Assembly: GCA_051294375.1 (NCBI GenBank)
Contig: CM119266.1
Span: 20,099,657 to 20,163,656, forward strand
Length of the DNA: 64,000 bases
Source: Paraspadella gotoi
Lineage: Eukaryota; Animalia; Chaetognatha
Direction: 5' to 3'
Position 1 is the stretch's first letter. The number at the start of each line of letters is the position of its first letter. Both the position numbers and the translations under genes were made by a program. The notes beneath the pieces are model-generated. The model worked only from the letters and a program-made list of their open reading frames with translations. It was not told the origin of the DNA and did no database searches. Below are positions 40,599 through 54,832 of this stretch, piece after piece.

Positions 40599-43500
40599 TC
40601 AGGCTACTGTGACTTGCGCCGGTTGCATCCCCTTGACCATGAGGCAGGCGAAGATGGTCATTATCATCTTGTTCTTGACTTCGGTAATGTCTTCCGGCAA
40701 AGCGTACACGGCCGCGCCCACCTTTCGCGCCGTAGAGATGGCGTACTTGGCGTTCTGTTCGCGCTCCTGATTAAAAAAAAAAGGGTTGAAATCGTTAATT
40801 CGGATATAAATTAATAAGTTGAAAGTCTTCGAGACTCGGGGTGTCGAGTTGAATTGGAATAATATCGAGTTTGAAAGCCAAGGAAAGGTAAACCTGCCGA
40901 CTTTTTTCCCCGAGAAAAAAAAAAAGAAGAAAGAAATCTAATAATAGTTTTTTTCTATTTCTGGTTCCGTTGGCGCCGAATATTCGCCCAATGTTTCTCG
41001 TTTAGCTTTAGGGGAAAAATCGGAAGAAATTATTTCTATTTTCTGGTTTTTTTTCTAAACCTGTATTCCGTTCTAGCAAATGCAACGTAATAAAAAAAAA
41101 ATACCCAAAAACCCATTTGTAGAATAAAAAAAAACGTTCAATAAATGTACAACTAAGCCTCCGCTTTGTACATTTACTTTTGTTTTTCGAAGTGCAAAAA
41201 AAGTTCTTGTCAGAAATTTCGACATATATTTTCTATGTGTGGAAAAGAAATAACAGAGAAATACATTTTTTATAAAGAAGAAGATTTAATGTTTTATTTA
41301 ACAAGTCACGAATTGTGGTGAATCCTGTTCGACAGCTTCGCGACAAGGTTTTCAATGTTGCGATAAGTCGCTACTTGCTTTCCTCACTCACGGAAACTTC
41401 AGGCACCGAGGCAAGAGACTCCTCTTGGTCGACCAAGCAGAAAATCAAAGTTGAAAATCCGTGAAAAAGAAGAAACAAATGAGCAAAAAAGAAAGAAACA
41501 AAAGAGCAAAAAGGAATGAAACAAAAGAGCAAATAGGAAAGAAACAAATGAGCAAAAAGGAAAGAAACTAATGAGCAAAAAGGAAAGAAAAAAATGAGCA
41601 AAAAGGAAAAAAACAAATGGGCAAAAAGGACAGAAAAATTAAAAGAGCAAAAAGGAAAGAAACAAATGATCAAAAAGGAAAGAAACAATAGAGCTAAAGG
41701 AAAAAACTAATGAGCAAAAGGGAAAGAAATAAATGAGCAAAAAGGAAAGAAACAATAGCGCAATAAGGAAAGAAACAAATGAGCAAAAAGTAAAGATACA
41801 AAAGAGCAAAAAAGAAAAGAAACAAAAGAGCAAAAAGTGAAAAAAAAGGTGAAAGAAAAGAAATAAAAGAGCAAAAAGGAAAGGAAGAAAAGAGGAAAAA
41901 AGGAATGAAACAAAAGATAAAAAAGTAAATACAGTAACTTTNNNNNNNNNNAAGAAAGTTACTGTACAAAAGAGCAAAAAAGGAAAGAAACAAAAGAGCA
42001 AAAAGGAAAGAAACAAAAGAGGAAAAAAGGAAAGAAAAAAAAGAGGAAAAAGAGAAATAAAGAGATATGTGAAATGGAGTCGACAAAAAAAAAGATGAAG
42101 CGTAATAAGATCATGAAAAAAAGAATTTCAAACGGACTCTTATTTTTGGTTTTGAAAAAGATTCGTATCATATTTAAGAATAATAGTCCAAATTGAAGGT
42201 GAGACACATTGTGTTCATATTGAGTTTAAATAGTTTTATTTATGTTCTTTATTACAACATGGATAATTTTGGTCATTAAGGCTATAGTTAAGGTGTTTTA
42301 CATGTTAGTACTGTTAATTTTCCATAAAATTGAGAGCTGTTAAATACGAATTTTAATTTTAATTTGAAACTTAGTTTTGTTTTATTTGCGATATTACTGG
42401 ATTATCTAGGTTGCGCTTCAAAAGGGTTTTAGATTCCTTTGTAAAGATCCAAATTCCATCCAAGATCTTTCAAGATATCGAGTTTAAGAAAACTGACCTC
42501 TACCGTGGATCCGGGTTTCACGAAGTCGTAGTTGACGGATCCGGGTTGGAGGGAGTCGATCAGGTCGAGGATGGTGATCCCGTTCGCCAGAGACGAATCG
42601 TTGAAGTTCTTGAAGGATGATGCCTTTCCGCCCTCGGACAACTAACGTGCACGAAAAAGAAACTCCATTTTTATTTTTTCCTCATAATTTGCATTATTAA
42701 TATTAAGAAACGTGTAATTCAGAATACGGAAACGTTCAATTCAGAATACAGAAACGTACTTAAACTTTATTTACATATTGCCGTGAAAGTTTGACGCAAA
42801 ACTCATTCTCAGCAAGAAAAAACAAACAAAATAAATAAATAAAAAGAAAAAAAAATTAACAATTCCAACCGACCTTCTGGTTCGCCCAGTCGATGATCTC
42901 TTTCTCGAGCACGGGGTGGCCGTCTCCGAGGTTCTTGAGGATGGCCAGCGTGTAGGCTCGCATGAGTTGCCAAACCAGCGCAAGTGTCAGAGTCTTGTTT
43001 CCTTCCCGGATGTCGTTGCCATCGATGGAGACAAGTGAAAACTATCACAACAAAATCAATTTTAAATCAATGGGTCAAAATTTTATCTTCCACGATTGGG
43101 ATTTTCTGAGGAATAATGTATAAAATTTTTTTTATTAATATCCCAACCTAAACCCTAAACCCCCGATATCCCTAGTCGGCGAATGTAAAATTAAGCCGAA
43201 TGAGGAAAATTAATCCCATCAATCAATCGTTCAATCAAATCTGATAATCTCTCTCCAAACCTTGCACTCCTTTCCAAGCTCGACGGCGTAGTTGCAATTC
43301 TCGAGCTTTCTCAGCATGGCCACGGCCGGTCGGGTGGCGTCGATGGTCTGGACTCGTTTCCAATTCACGATTCCGGGCGAGATGATGTCGAAGAGTTGAA
43401 AGATGACCAACCCGTCCGTCAGGTCCGTGTAGAGGTAGTTGACGACGGGTTTGACCCCCAAAGAGTTCATCCAGTTGCGGTAAGTCTTCTCCTCGCGAGT

Positions 43501-46500
43501 TTCCACGATCTGAGGCTCGTCGAGGTCCACCACATCTGCGGATTTGTGGGGGGGGGTGGGTATGGGTGAGGGACGACCGGAATCTTTTAACCATTTTATC
43601 ATTTCGAATTTTTATTTTATTTTTCGCGAATAAAAAAGTTAATAAAAAAAAAAATGGGGAAAAAAATAAGAAAAGTAAAATAAAAACATGAAAAGCCCCT
43701 CAAAATTCGTACCTTCTGCTTGGAAATAGTTACAAAAACTCTTCCCCTGGGGAAAAAATTTTGATTGCTCCGCGCTCACACGTAAGTACGGGAGTACGGT
43801 ACGCGCATCCAACTCTTCCTCTCTCATTTGTTCATCTTGCTCGGGAAGATGCAACGTTTAGCATTTTTTTAAAATATCGCGGTTTTTCTCCTGAACCTAA
43901 CAGGCATAATTCACAATGTTGGTGAAGCTTCGACGTCTTTGCGTGCGTCACATCACATCTGTCATATTACTGTCACAAAAGGAGCGTACTGGTGTCGTCG
44001 ACTCCTTTCCTCATTGGCCGAGTCTGTCTCCGGCGCCTGGCCTCATTTCGGCCAGCCGGCCGCAAAGGGTTTTTCCCCTTGATTCCATTAAATCTAATTT
44101 CCTCTGCAACCGACGAAGAAAAAAAAGGAAAGGAAAGGAAATTCATATAGTTTGAATATATAATATGGTAGTAATATCAGGGCCGGGTAAAACGTAAAAC
44201 GTGGGCCCTAAGATAAAAAGAAAAGATGGAGAGGAAACGAGTTGAAACCCGAACAAATAAAAAGGTAATGAAAGGAAGGAAAGGAAAAAGAGAAAGGAAA
44301 AAAGTTGAGAGAGAAAAGAAAGGATAAACATTTTTGTTCCTTCTTCAATATAATTCAATAAATTAATGTAATAAATTCTTCCGACGCGCGAGTCTTATTT
44401 CCTTTCCCTTCGCCATCATGCATTTTAATCTCACACCGAAGAGATTCAAAGGATTAATTCCACTTGTCGCTCGCAATCATCGTTAGAGTTCTTTCGTCAC
44501 CATCGTCGTCTGTGTTGACGCACGATAGAAAGACAGACGATGGAAAGACAGACGATAGAAAGACAGAAAGTTAGTACGTTGTCAATGAACGTCGCGATAC
44601 AGAACAGAAAGATCTTATTTGTCTTTCTTAGATTTGATGGAATTTGGATTTTGGAGACTAAAAAATGGAAGCCAAAAAATATACAATAATACTCTCTCTC
44701 TCTCTCTCCCTCTCTCTGGAATCTAAATGGGACGCTCTCGGAAATTATCGCGATTTATTTAAAATTAATTTTTTCATTCATTCATTCATTCATTCATTCA
44801 TTCATTCATTCATTCATTTATCCATTCATTCATTCATTTTATGTTTCTCTCTCTGTCTGCGATCTCCATGTCTAACCGAGAGCTGGGTATTTGTTGAAGA
44901 GGTTGGCAACGAACGCCAAATTGAGTTTATAGTTTCCGTTGACGATGTCGTTGGGGCTGACGAAGGATTTGCAACCGATCTTGTCGGCCTCTTCCAGCAC
45001 ACCCGTCGCCCGCTGCTTGGGGTCCGAGCTCTGAGGATGAGGAAAACGTCTTTTAGTTCTTTATCTTACCCTTTCCAGACATTAGTCAATTGACTGTTCT
45101 AAAATCATAGACCAAGCTAATGTTAAAAAAAACAATCGCTAACCTCAAACCCCTATAACCCTAACCACCCCTAACCCTAAATCACCCCTATATCCCCCGA
45201 GGAAAATTTAGGAGTCGAGCGTTAGCCCATATGAACTATTTAACACGGCTTACCCTCGTGGGCGAATGTGAAATTAATCTCCCTCGGGTACGAATTCGAG
45301 AGAATCTTCAAAACCTACTGACCCTGAGTGGATCGAGAGTGATCCTCTTGTTTGGGTCCGTTTGATCACGAGGTTGAATCTGGTGGAGGAGATGAGCGTA
45401 AGCTTCTGAATCTTTGATGTCGTCGGTGAAGTTTTTGATCTCACGTTGAACCCCGGCCCGTTCCAAATGATAATTCACCCACCTTAATGATTAAAAAGGG
45501 GAAACAAATATATACTATATTATATATTTAATACATCGTAATATATTTCTTTAAAAATTAAGTCTAATATAGACTATATTATAGTTAAAGAAGTAATCTT
45601 GCAATTTTTTTTTCGTCCAATCAAGTCGGGGCTTATTCTTTTTCTGTGGAAAAAAATGGCAAAACAATCTTTCCATCTTACTCTTCCTCCTTTTGCTGCT
45701 TTTACAGCTGCTCTTCTTCTTCCTCCATTCTTCTTTCTTTTTCACTTTTATATTCAAGTATCGAAAACGCGGGATTTAGTCAATGACACATTTTTCAGTA
45801 ACGCTTTTCCCATCTTAAGCTTATTACGACGTAATTTCTACAGACGAAGTCTTTGTCAAAGTGGTATCTTATTGAATCGCGTCCTGACGCGAATAAAAAA
45901 AAAAACAAATCACGTAATTCTAATTTTAATTCTTTCCTATAAAAATCGAGAATTTATCCAGTCTGTTTTGTCATTAGGTGATGTTACAATAAATAGGTTA
46001 CACTCACCTGAGGAGAATTGCCTCGGGTCCCAACTTCAAGAGGTCTTCCTGCGTCTCACCCTCCCGCAACAGCGCCATGAGTTCTGGGTGATGCATGAGG
46101 TCGATCTCGCTTAGTAGGCCAATCTGTGGGCAGCACGAACGGTTAGGTCGATAGGGACATCAATATTTCACGAAATTGGTACAACCAATATTAAAATTAT
46201 CCAATATCCATTCATTTAATAAATAAGCTATCTTGCCCCTGACTTTGGACAGGCGATGGTGGGTTACAAGATAATGACATAGCTGGACCCTTCAAGCTTT
46301 CAATCAAGACTCTCTCACAGTCTAGTTTATTCACTCTCAATGTGCGAAGGTGGCAGCTAACCTAACGGAACCTTCTCGTACATATGTATTTGTGTTTTAT
46401 TCATAATTTAGTTTTAATTATAAAAGCAATCCCGTTCCAGGAACTAAGAGTCAAAACGTTTTTGTCAGCATTTATCAAAATCTTTTCCATTTTTCCGATG

Positions 46501-49500
46501 GAGAAAAAATGCTTTCGAAAGCAAGAATTCTTGAGCAAATCTGAAACGAACGAACCCCTTTTAAGGTACAAAACTTTATTCAGTCGAGCGGCCATCTTTC
46601 ACCCATTTTTCAATGGCTTTTCTTTCACTGTCAGCGTCTTTCATTCTTACACTCGGTTTCACCTACTTACAGTCAATTTTCAGACGTTCTTTCTCGTTCT
46701 TACAAAAAATTATTGGAAAGAAAAGGAGGAAAAAATGAAATGACGTCATGCCACTCATCCCTGAAGAAAGAAAAAAAGCTTTTCAGTGGATAGTGTCACA
46801 AACTGAGAACTCGTAACTCAATAACTTTTACAAGAAAAAGAAAATTCTCGGGGTCAAATTGACCCGAATTTTAAGTAACTTCCGGTTAACAGAAAAAAAA
46901 AGAATTTCAAAAATCCTTCATATGAATATTCAATATGAAACAACCTTTTATTATTAAAAGCAGAGCGTAATGGAAACGTTACGTCAAATATGATGTTTTT
47001 AAAAACCGAAAGGTGACGTTTCAGGCGTTTCCCTTCGGCGTTCTCTGACGCGAAAAAATTTGGCTTAGGCTAAGAATCGATTTGGCAAAGAAACGCGTCT
47101 CTAATGGCGACCGAAATCTGTTGGTTTTTCGTTAGTAGGATTTTTTTGTTAAAAAACGCGGGGGGAAAAAAAAAGATGTCGACAAACGAGAAGGTTCGGA
47201 CTAAATTACCTCACCTAATATATTAGACTCCCCATGAAAATCATCACTATTCTCTCTTTTCCGAAACTGGTCAATTTTTTTATCACCATTCGCAAAATCG
47301 ATAAAAAGTAATGAATAAATAAATCCAATTCAACTTCCCATAAAATCGATTTATTATTACGTGACTTCGTTATTTCAATTGATTATAAATCGCTTTAAAT
47401 GATTAATACAAAGCAAACTTTTGGTCAGGATCTCAGACTTTTACAAGATAGACTCTGGATTAACTGTTGCTCTTTTATTATCTTTTTCAATTCGTATTTT
47501 TGTCGTTAAGAAGTATTTGATTGATCAACTGATTGGACAGACTTTATGTTGTTCCCCATCTAATGGTACAAAACTGTCAGGATAAGTTAACTTTGATTCG
47601 TGACAGTGAGTAAGCATTTTTTTTTAATGATTCTTTTGGTTAAATTTAAATTTTTAATCAGTTTTTTCCTTTTTGTATGTTTTACTGGCTTTACACCCTA
47701 ATACAAATTAAGAAATAACTTGTATTTTTTTTAAATGAATAGCTATGGTAAATTAGTTACGGTAAAATCTTTAATAACTCTTACCCTGATGACTTGCCAC
47801 AAAAGGCCGAGGACAAGATGAGGCTTCTTCTCTTGAATGTCGGTGGCGCCGATGTTGACGACGTGGCATCCGATGGCCGACGCCGAGTTCAGCGCCAAAT
47901 TCAGGTTCTCCGTCACCTATATGAACATCCGACACAAATGAAACAAACAAAAAACAAGATGGCGTCAGTCGACAAGTTTAAGTCTAAAAATTAAAATAGT
48001 TTGAAAAATAAAACCTGGAAGACGGAGAGTTGGCTGGTTCCTTTTCGCCGGTTGATGGATCGTTCGTCGATTGTCTCCGGAACTGCGCGTGAAAAATAAT
48101 ATTTGTAAATAATAATATTTATATTTATATAAAGGAAATGGAAAAAAAATTATGGAAATTAATGGGAAGAAATCTGGGATCAGGGAAAGATGGAAGGATA
48201 GGGGGGAGAGAGAGGGAGAGAGAGATCATAAATAATTACATTGATTGTACAAATTTCATAAACATTCTTTGATAGGGAGGCCAGGTACTCTGGGAGTGAA
48301 TAAACGAGACTGTGAGTGAATCTTGATTGAAAAATTCCAGGGACCTGCTATGTCATTATCTTGTAAGAGTGATGGAGGCCTTAAAGCACCAAAGCCTGTC
48401 CAAAGTCAGGGGCAAGATAGCTTATTTATTAAATGAATGGATAGTAAATAGTAAATTGTACCAATTTCATAACGGTTAGCTCCTTGTATTTTGATGCTAT
48501 GAGGTGTTCGTTATAGCAATCTCCGAAAATAATACTTGAGGGAGTGGTTCTTTGATACAATTGAAGTTAATAAAAACTAGACTTGAAAAGAGTCTTGATT
48601 TACAGAGTTATTATCCTATGGGATCGAGGGATGGAGGGATGGAGGCCTTAACCAAGCACAGCTTGTCCAAAGTCAGGGGCAAGAGAGCTTATTAACTGAA
48701 CGAATGGATATAATTATATGATACCAATTTCATACCTGCCATGTTGATGAGTTTGCAGAGCAAAACTCCGTCAACGCATTTGTCGTAAAGATCATTTTTC
48801 TCTTTCGTTTCGTTAATGACATAAAATTTTTGGAACTCGGGATCCGATCCGAAGCTATATAAACAAAAAAAAGGACAGAATTTCAGTTAGGGTTTTTTTT
48901 TTCACTTTTGGAACATTTTCATTTTTTAGCGAATATATATAATTATACAAAATGCTCTAGAACTTTAAATTCTTCGACTCGCTTGGAGTTGATCCAGTTG
49001 GAGAATCCGATGACCTCCTCGTCGCGGACGGTGTGTTTGGCCGTCTCCATGAAGGTCTTGGTGGCTTCGACGCCCGTGGCCGTCGCGATCTTCCCATGAA
49101 GGAAGCCTTGCTTCTCCGAGTAGAGTTTGAGATAGAGAGACTTGAACTCGTTCATGTCCAACTTTCCGTCTCTGCATCCCTCGGTCTCGAATTCGCTGAT
49201 CAACTTGCGTACCTGAGCGGAAATCCAACACTTTGTACTACGAACGGCGGGAAAAATGGGGAAACGTTAAAGACCCCCTAGAGGTCTACCTATATCGTTG
49301 GCTGACTTAAGCTGATTAGTAAGCTGTTTAATTGGTTCGATCTTCGGGTCGTCGCGTGTATATTTTTTATCTTACGGCAACGCGACTTCTTTGCGAGAAA
49401 AGAGCGAATTGGTCTCGAAAAGAAAACAAAAAAAAAGGGCGAATGGCAACGTTATTTGTAATGAGAAGGTCGGGTTAGGCGTGTTTATGACGCCAAACAA

Positions 49501-50573
49501 AGAGCGTCGTCGTCGTTGTCGTCGTCGTCGTCGTCGTTGTTCACCCATGAATCGATTCTCTTTATCGCCTTTCCGAAACGTTTCATTTACAGGGGTTGAC
49601 GCTCTCCACAAAACCAGGAGGCCCGGGCTCTTATGGGGGGGGCCCCGGGAAAAGCGTAAATTTATAAGGAATAAATAACAGGGGGAGGCAGCCTGCTAAA
49701 AATAGAAGCAATGTATCAAAGCGACGAAGTAAAAGGTAGTTTGTAATCGGCGTCTTCAGCAAAAATATAGCTTTCCCTGTACCAGTAGGAAATCTCAAAA
49801 TATGTTCTATTCTAAAAAGAAGCGAGAGGCAAAGCCCAATTTTAGAGATTTAAAGCCTCAAAGGTCAAGTGGCGCATTCCGCACCATGAACAATTTGATC
49901 AAAGGAAAGGAACGTAAAATATTTTAGGCACGTTCTTTCGTGAAAGGGAACGAGGTTGGCAGGTGTGAATAGGCGAGATTGACGTGGGGCTGCAAGGTCT
50001 GCGCCGCCTGGCGTCCGTCTTTTGTTTACGAGTCAGGAAAATCGTTTTGTTGATATTGTTTTTCTCGTTTTGTTTTTCTCGTTTTGTTTTCCTCCTCGTC
50101 GCAGTTAAAAAACGTCTTTGCCATTGATTGCAAAACTCCTTTCCTTATTTAACCGATTTTTTTTTTTTTGTGGTTAAGGTTTACGTTGTCCTCGACACCT
50201 TTCTAAACAAATTGAAACATTTTTTATACGTATATGTTTGCTAATATAGAAAAGCTAAAATCAAATAAAATACATTTTTGTTATTTAGCAATTTTTATCT
50301 CCGGTTTGCCAGTCTTTGCATCTCAGTCTAACAGGGAATCGACTCATCTACTCACAAAACCAATAAAACCAAACCCGTCGTGCTATATCCTAAAAAGGGG
50401 CCAACGCGATACAGAAGATCGAACCCTTAACCCAAGGTTTTATCTCAGCCATTGAGATAAGGTTTTAGGACGAATAAAGGGAAGGTAGATAAACAAGAAT
50501 TTCAGAAATAATACTAGGATAGAAAGTTATGACTACGTTTAGGGTGGGTGCTGCCATCTGGGTTGAGTGCAAA

Positions 50574-50635
<62 letters not shown>

Positions 50636-50862
50636 CGATGATGATGATGACGACGACGACGACGACGAAGATGACGATGCCTACAGCGTCTCCAACTCAC
50701 CTCGTGATTGGGTCGCTCTACGTCGCACTTTTTGAGCGCCTCGCCCAGTTCCGCCAACTCGATGTAACCGTCGCCGTTGTCGTCGATGTCTTTGAAGGTC
50801 GCCTTCAAATCCTCGATCTGTTCCGGCGTCAGCACGGTGGAAGACTGTCGTTGATACGCCAT
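40599..50862 (-). CDS. Plastin/fimbrin (EF-hands plus four calponin-homology domains)
   Basis: Exons 50862-50701, 49212-48983, 48854-48736, 48082-48015, 47916-47785, 46123-46008, 45482-45323, 45030-44877, 43535-43261, 43041-42874, 42641-42498, 40766-40599. EF-hand [12 protein letters not shown]; [64 protein letters not shown]. Confidence 0.95.
41460..42062. repeat. ~23-bp purine-rich minisatellite (GAGCAAAAAGGAAAGAAACAAAT) containing an assembly gap
   Basis: Tandem degenerate units; N run at 41942-41951. Confidence 0.85.
50574..50679. repeat. (GAT/GAC)n trinucleotide microsatellite at the start of plastin intron 1
   Basis: Directly visible. Confidence 0.95.
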
Positions 50863-53800
50863 GACGTGGAAGAGGCTCGCTCGAGCGTCGCCGAGGAGAG
50901 GGAGTCAGAAACGAAGAGAGGGAGTGACGAGTTTTTTTCCTTTTATATTTGACTTTCGGTCGAAGGCGATTGTGGGGTTTTTAAAAGTTTTGAAATTCGA
51001 GAGACGAAAGAAGCGATGAACCTGCGACAAAAGAATTTGTTTTTATTTTTGAGAACAAAACAAAAAAAAATGCGGGAATCGAAAATAATGAGTTGAGGAC
51101 GACGACGACGACGACGACGACGACGACTCATTTTAAGAAGATTTGCATTTGGGTCTCTTTAAAAACGATCGGCGTGGGAGAAGAGACGGAACAAATAAAA
51201 CAATAACTAAGGAAATTCGAAATTACGAATTCGGATTTAGCGAATCGCGTTAAATATATAACCAAATAAGAGTCGAATCCCGAATATTTGCCAAATTGTA
51301 GATTTGAGGTTTCATATATTATATTCTCGGTTATTAGATTTCACGATGGAGTAACTATGTCAGTTTAACGCTATGTTTATTTTTAAATTCGGTTTTCTCC
51401 TTCTTACTGCTTACTAAATTTCGATTTTCCACCTTTTTCGATTTATTGAGACCAAAAATAATTTGAATAATGGTAAAAAATAAAGAAAAAAAACAATTGA
51501 GTTAAAAATAAGTCTCAATGTTTTTCAAATTCTTTGCGTAAATCTTAAATTCTAAGTTTGAGACCTTCCGATTACGCGGTAAGTCAACGTTGTAATTTAA
51601 TCAACGTTATGCGATCTCGTCGAATCAAATTGTTAAAAATAGATTTGAAGAGTAAGTTCCCTAATTTTAATGTTCAAAACGAGAAATAATAAAAAGATTC
51701 CGAACAGACTAACTAATTTAAAATGAAAAATATTTTGATCAAATACTCGCGTTGAAACAAGAAAAAAGAAAGATTTCAGCGTCGACAAGAGAGCTTCGAC
51801 AGAGTTGTCAAGTCGTTCCAACAAGTTCTCAGCTCTCTCTCTCTCTCTCTCTCTCACTCTCTCTCTCTCTCTCTTCCCCTTACATTTCCTATCGCTCTCT
51901 CGCTCTCATTTTACAATCTCAACTTTGTGTTTTTAAAATCGGGAAACTACGATTTCTGCGGCACAAACCTGTCTGTTTTTCTCTATCTCTCGCTTTCTTC
52001 GTTTTTGTCTCTCTCAGTGTTTAACTCTCTCTCTTGTTCCATTTTATTCGTATCTGCTTCTTCAGACCCGACATGTGGGTCTGTCGTTAGCCCCTCATAG
52101 TTTAGTAGGTCAGTCATTTAAATCATCTCAGAACATGCCAATATGCTTTCTTATGAAATGAGTCCGTATTCATGATACAACAAAAACAACATCTTAACAA
52201 TCATTACTACCACAACAACCACCAGAATTACAATAACCACAACCAGAGCAATAACAATCTTAATTACCATATCCACCACTATTAGAACAACCACACGCAT
52301 CCACAACAATATCCATAACAACCATTATTTAAACTACAACAACAACCATGTAGCAACGATAACATACCATAACAACCACAACTACTAGCATAACAACAAC
52401 TATTGCCACAATGACCGGAACAAGGACTACTGCCACTACAACCACCACAGATTTTAACCACCATAATCACGGTAACTACCCAAACCACAACTACAGTGCG
52501 TAAAAATACTAAAATATGTCTCGTCTCTCTCTCTCTCTCTCTCCCCTTTTCTCTCTGAACTTAAAACTCAAAACCAACTAAAAACCCGCATACGACATAA
52601 ATATTATTAAATAAGCGCAGCGTAGCGTAGCGGCTGCGCAGCGGTAGCCTCACAACTGCGTCCTTTTCAAATTCCCTTTTCCCCGACAGAAAAGTTAAAA
52701 CAAAACCCGGTTGAAATTTCACTCCTTTGTTTTGAAAATTAAAGAAAGCAAAAGTGAAGATCGAGCATTCGTGTCAACAAACGGGAGCCAAATTGAAAAC
52801 AAAAGAGTTTCTGAGAAACATTTAGTTGGAGAAAAAGAGAATAGAAATTAGACTTTAATTTAAAGGTTTTAAATTTATTAGCAATAAGCGGTTTTTAAAA
52901 AAAAATTTGAACTCACGACCGTTATTGAAGTTGACCCGCTCGGGTAACACTGTATTTATTAACTTTGTTCATATGCATTTGTATCATTAATGTGCAAACA
53001 CGCGATCATTTAAAGAATGATTCATTCATTCGTCAAATACGGAGTCATTTTAAAAAACAAATATTTTGAGTTAATGCTTCTTGGTGTTATTAATGTAGTC
53101 ACGTGACCACATTGAACTGCGGGCGCGTGATCAGAAAGTAAATGCGATACAGTTGATAAAACTTGATTATTTTAATGTATGTTTCAAATAAGCGATGTTT
53201 GTTGTGTGTTTGTTTCCAACTTGTGTAGTGACGTGACCATCGGGTAATGCGCCCGAGAAAAAAAGTCACTACGGCGAAACACTTTGCCAGTTTATTATAT
53301 TTTCATTGATGTTCTACAATGTTTCTGTGTTTAAATATTTTGGTTTATGCTCACCTTACTTCTTTTTCAGGTCTCAAATCAATTTTGAATTGTTGCTACT
53401 GATAAAATCACAATAGTAATAATAAGTTTTTTTTTTATTTTCCTCAGAAAACCAAAATATTTTTGTAAAGTACAGACCGATCGCCCTTAAAATATCTCGT
53501 CGAATTTTTCTTTTCCGATGAATGTGTATTTTTTTCTATTACGTATTATTAAAGCGTTGTAGTATTTTCATCTTGAGACATTCTCAAATTTAAATCAGTA
53601 GGAGCGCAGAATGAATGATGGCACCATCCAAATTTTTTAAAAAATTTTTTGGTTAGATTTTCACTTAAAAAGACGGCGACGAAATCGCAGAAAACGAAAA
53701 GGTTTCACGTGAACATAAAAAGTAACGTGAAACCACAGAATTGAGAATACCGGCTCCGCGACTGAATTTGGTAAAAACAGAAGTTGAAACCCGCATTCGC

Positions 53801-54832
53801 ATTAGACAACCCCCACGCCCCCGTTGGGATCGAAACGCCGGTATTTGTCGAATCGGAGAACCGAAAGCCCGCAGTCATTCCGATCGGATGCAACCTCCGT
53901 CGAATATAAAAATTTCCGTATATGGAGACGAACTAAACTCGTTTTTCTGGAATTTCGATGAGTCAGCTGAGCGCTGTTGGTGGAAGGAAGAAGAAAAACG
54001 GAGGAAAAAGGAAAGAGATGGAGAGCGAGACAGTGAGTCATGTTAAAAATGGGAGTTAAGAATTGAATGGAAGCCGATGGAACAATGAAAGGGAATATTA
54101 GCCGGAGTTTTAATTTTTTCCATTTGACGAAAAATAATAATTTTTACGCCACGTGCGTAACATGTGGCGTAAATTAAAATTAATATAACTTGAACACCCG
54201 CGCAAACTGCACTCTTTTTTTCTAAGTGAAAAAAATTCTTTGGCTGTGGTTTTTTTTTCCGGAAATTGAGCTGAAACTTGAGTCAAAGAGTTTTCATTGT
54301 ATGGCGCTTATAACCAAAGACACCAAACAGTAATCGATGATGAATTGACGTTTGTTTTAGTCTGAATAAAGGTTTAAACTTTGAGGTTAAAGTCTAAATA
54401 TTTTTTAAACAATTTTTGAACAAATCATCAACCGGACAGATCTCTTTTGTTTTGTTTTTTTTACTGGCGTTTAGCATTAGATGTCACGACAGTGAAAGGA
54501 TGTCACGACGACCGAAAGATCGTCCCAGACACAGTTCCTGCGATTCAGCGGCGATTTGGCAATTGGTCTCTCTATTCTATCTGCAGGTTATTTATGTTAT
54601 TATGTTTACTTTAAACCCAATGAAAAAATTGGGATAGAAATGAAATAAAAAGCCGTAAATGTATCTGAATTAGTTTATTCAAATCAATACAAATCATCGT
54701 AAAGACTTCTCTTTGTTCATCATGGTAATTGGCTAGTTACTAAACTTAAGAACAATATTAAAAATCATCTCGAGTTCCGGTTAATTTATTTCATGAAAAG
54801 TCAAATTCGAAGGCTGAGAGAAACAATCAAAT

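Noticed and set aside
41371-42207. Several Phe/Leu/Ser-rich ORFs, including a possible alternative plastin end ([16 protein letters not shown])
   Set aside because: They are translations of the minisatellite; the acceptor is weak and the peptide would disrupt CH4.
45140-45195. Telomere-like CCCTAA repeats
   Set aside because: Only a few degenerate units within a small interspersed repeat (similar patches near 20380 and 43145), not a telomeric array.
50529-50952. Poly-Asp, poly-Met and poly-His ORFs
   Set aside because: Artefacts of the (GAT)n microsatellite in plastin intron 1.
52282-52488. Cys/Gly-rich metallothionein- or keratin-associated-like ORF
   Set aside because: Reverse translation of an (ACA/ACC)-rich low-complexity tract, with no true ATG start.
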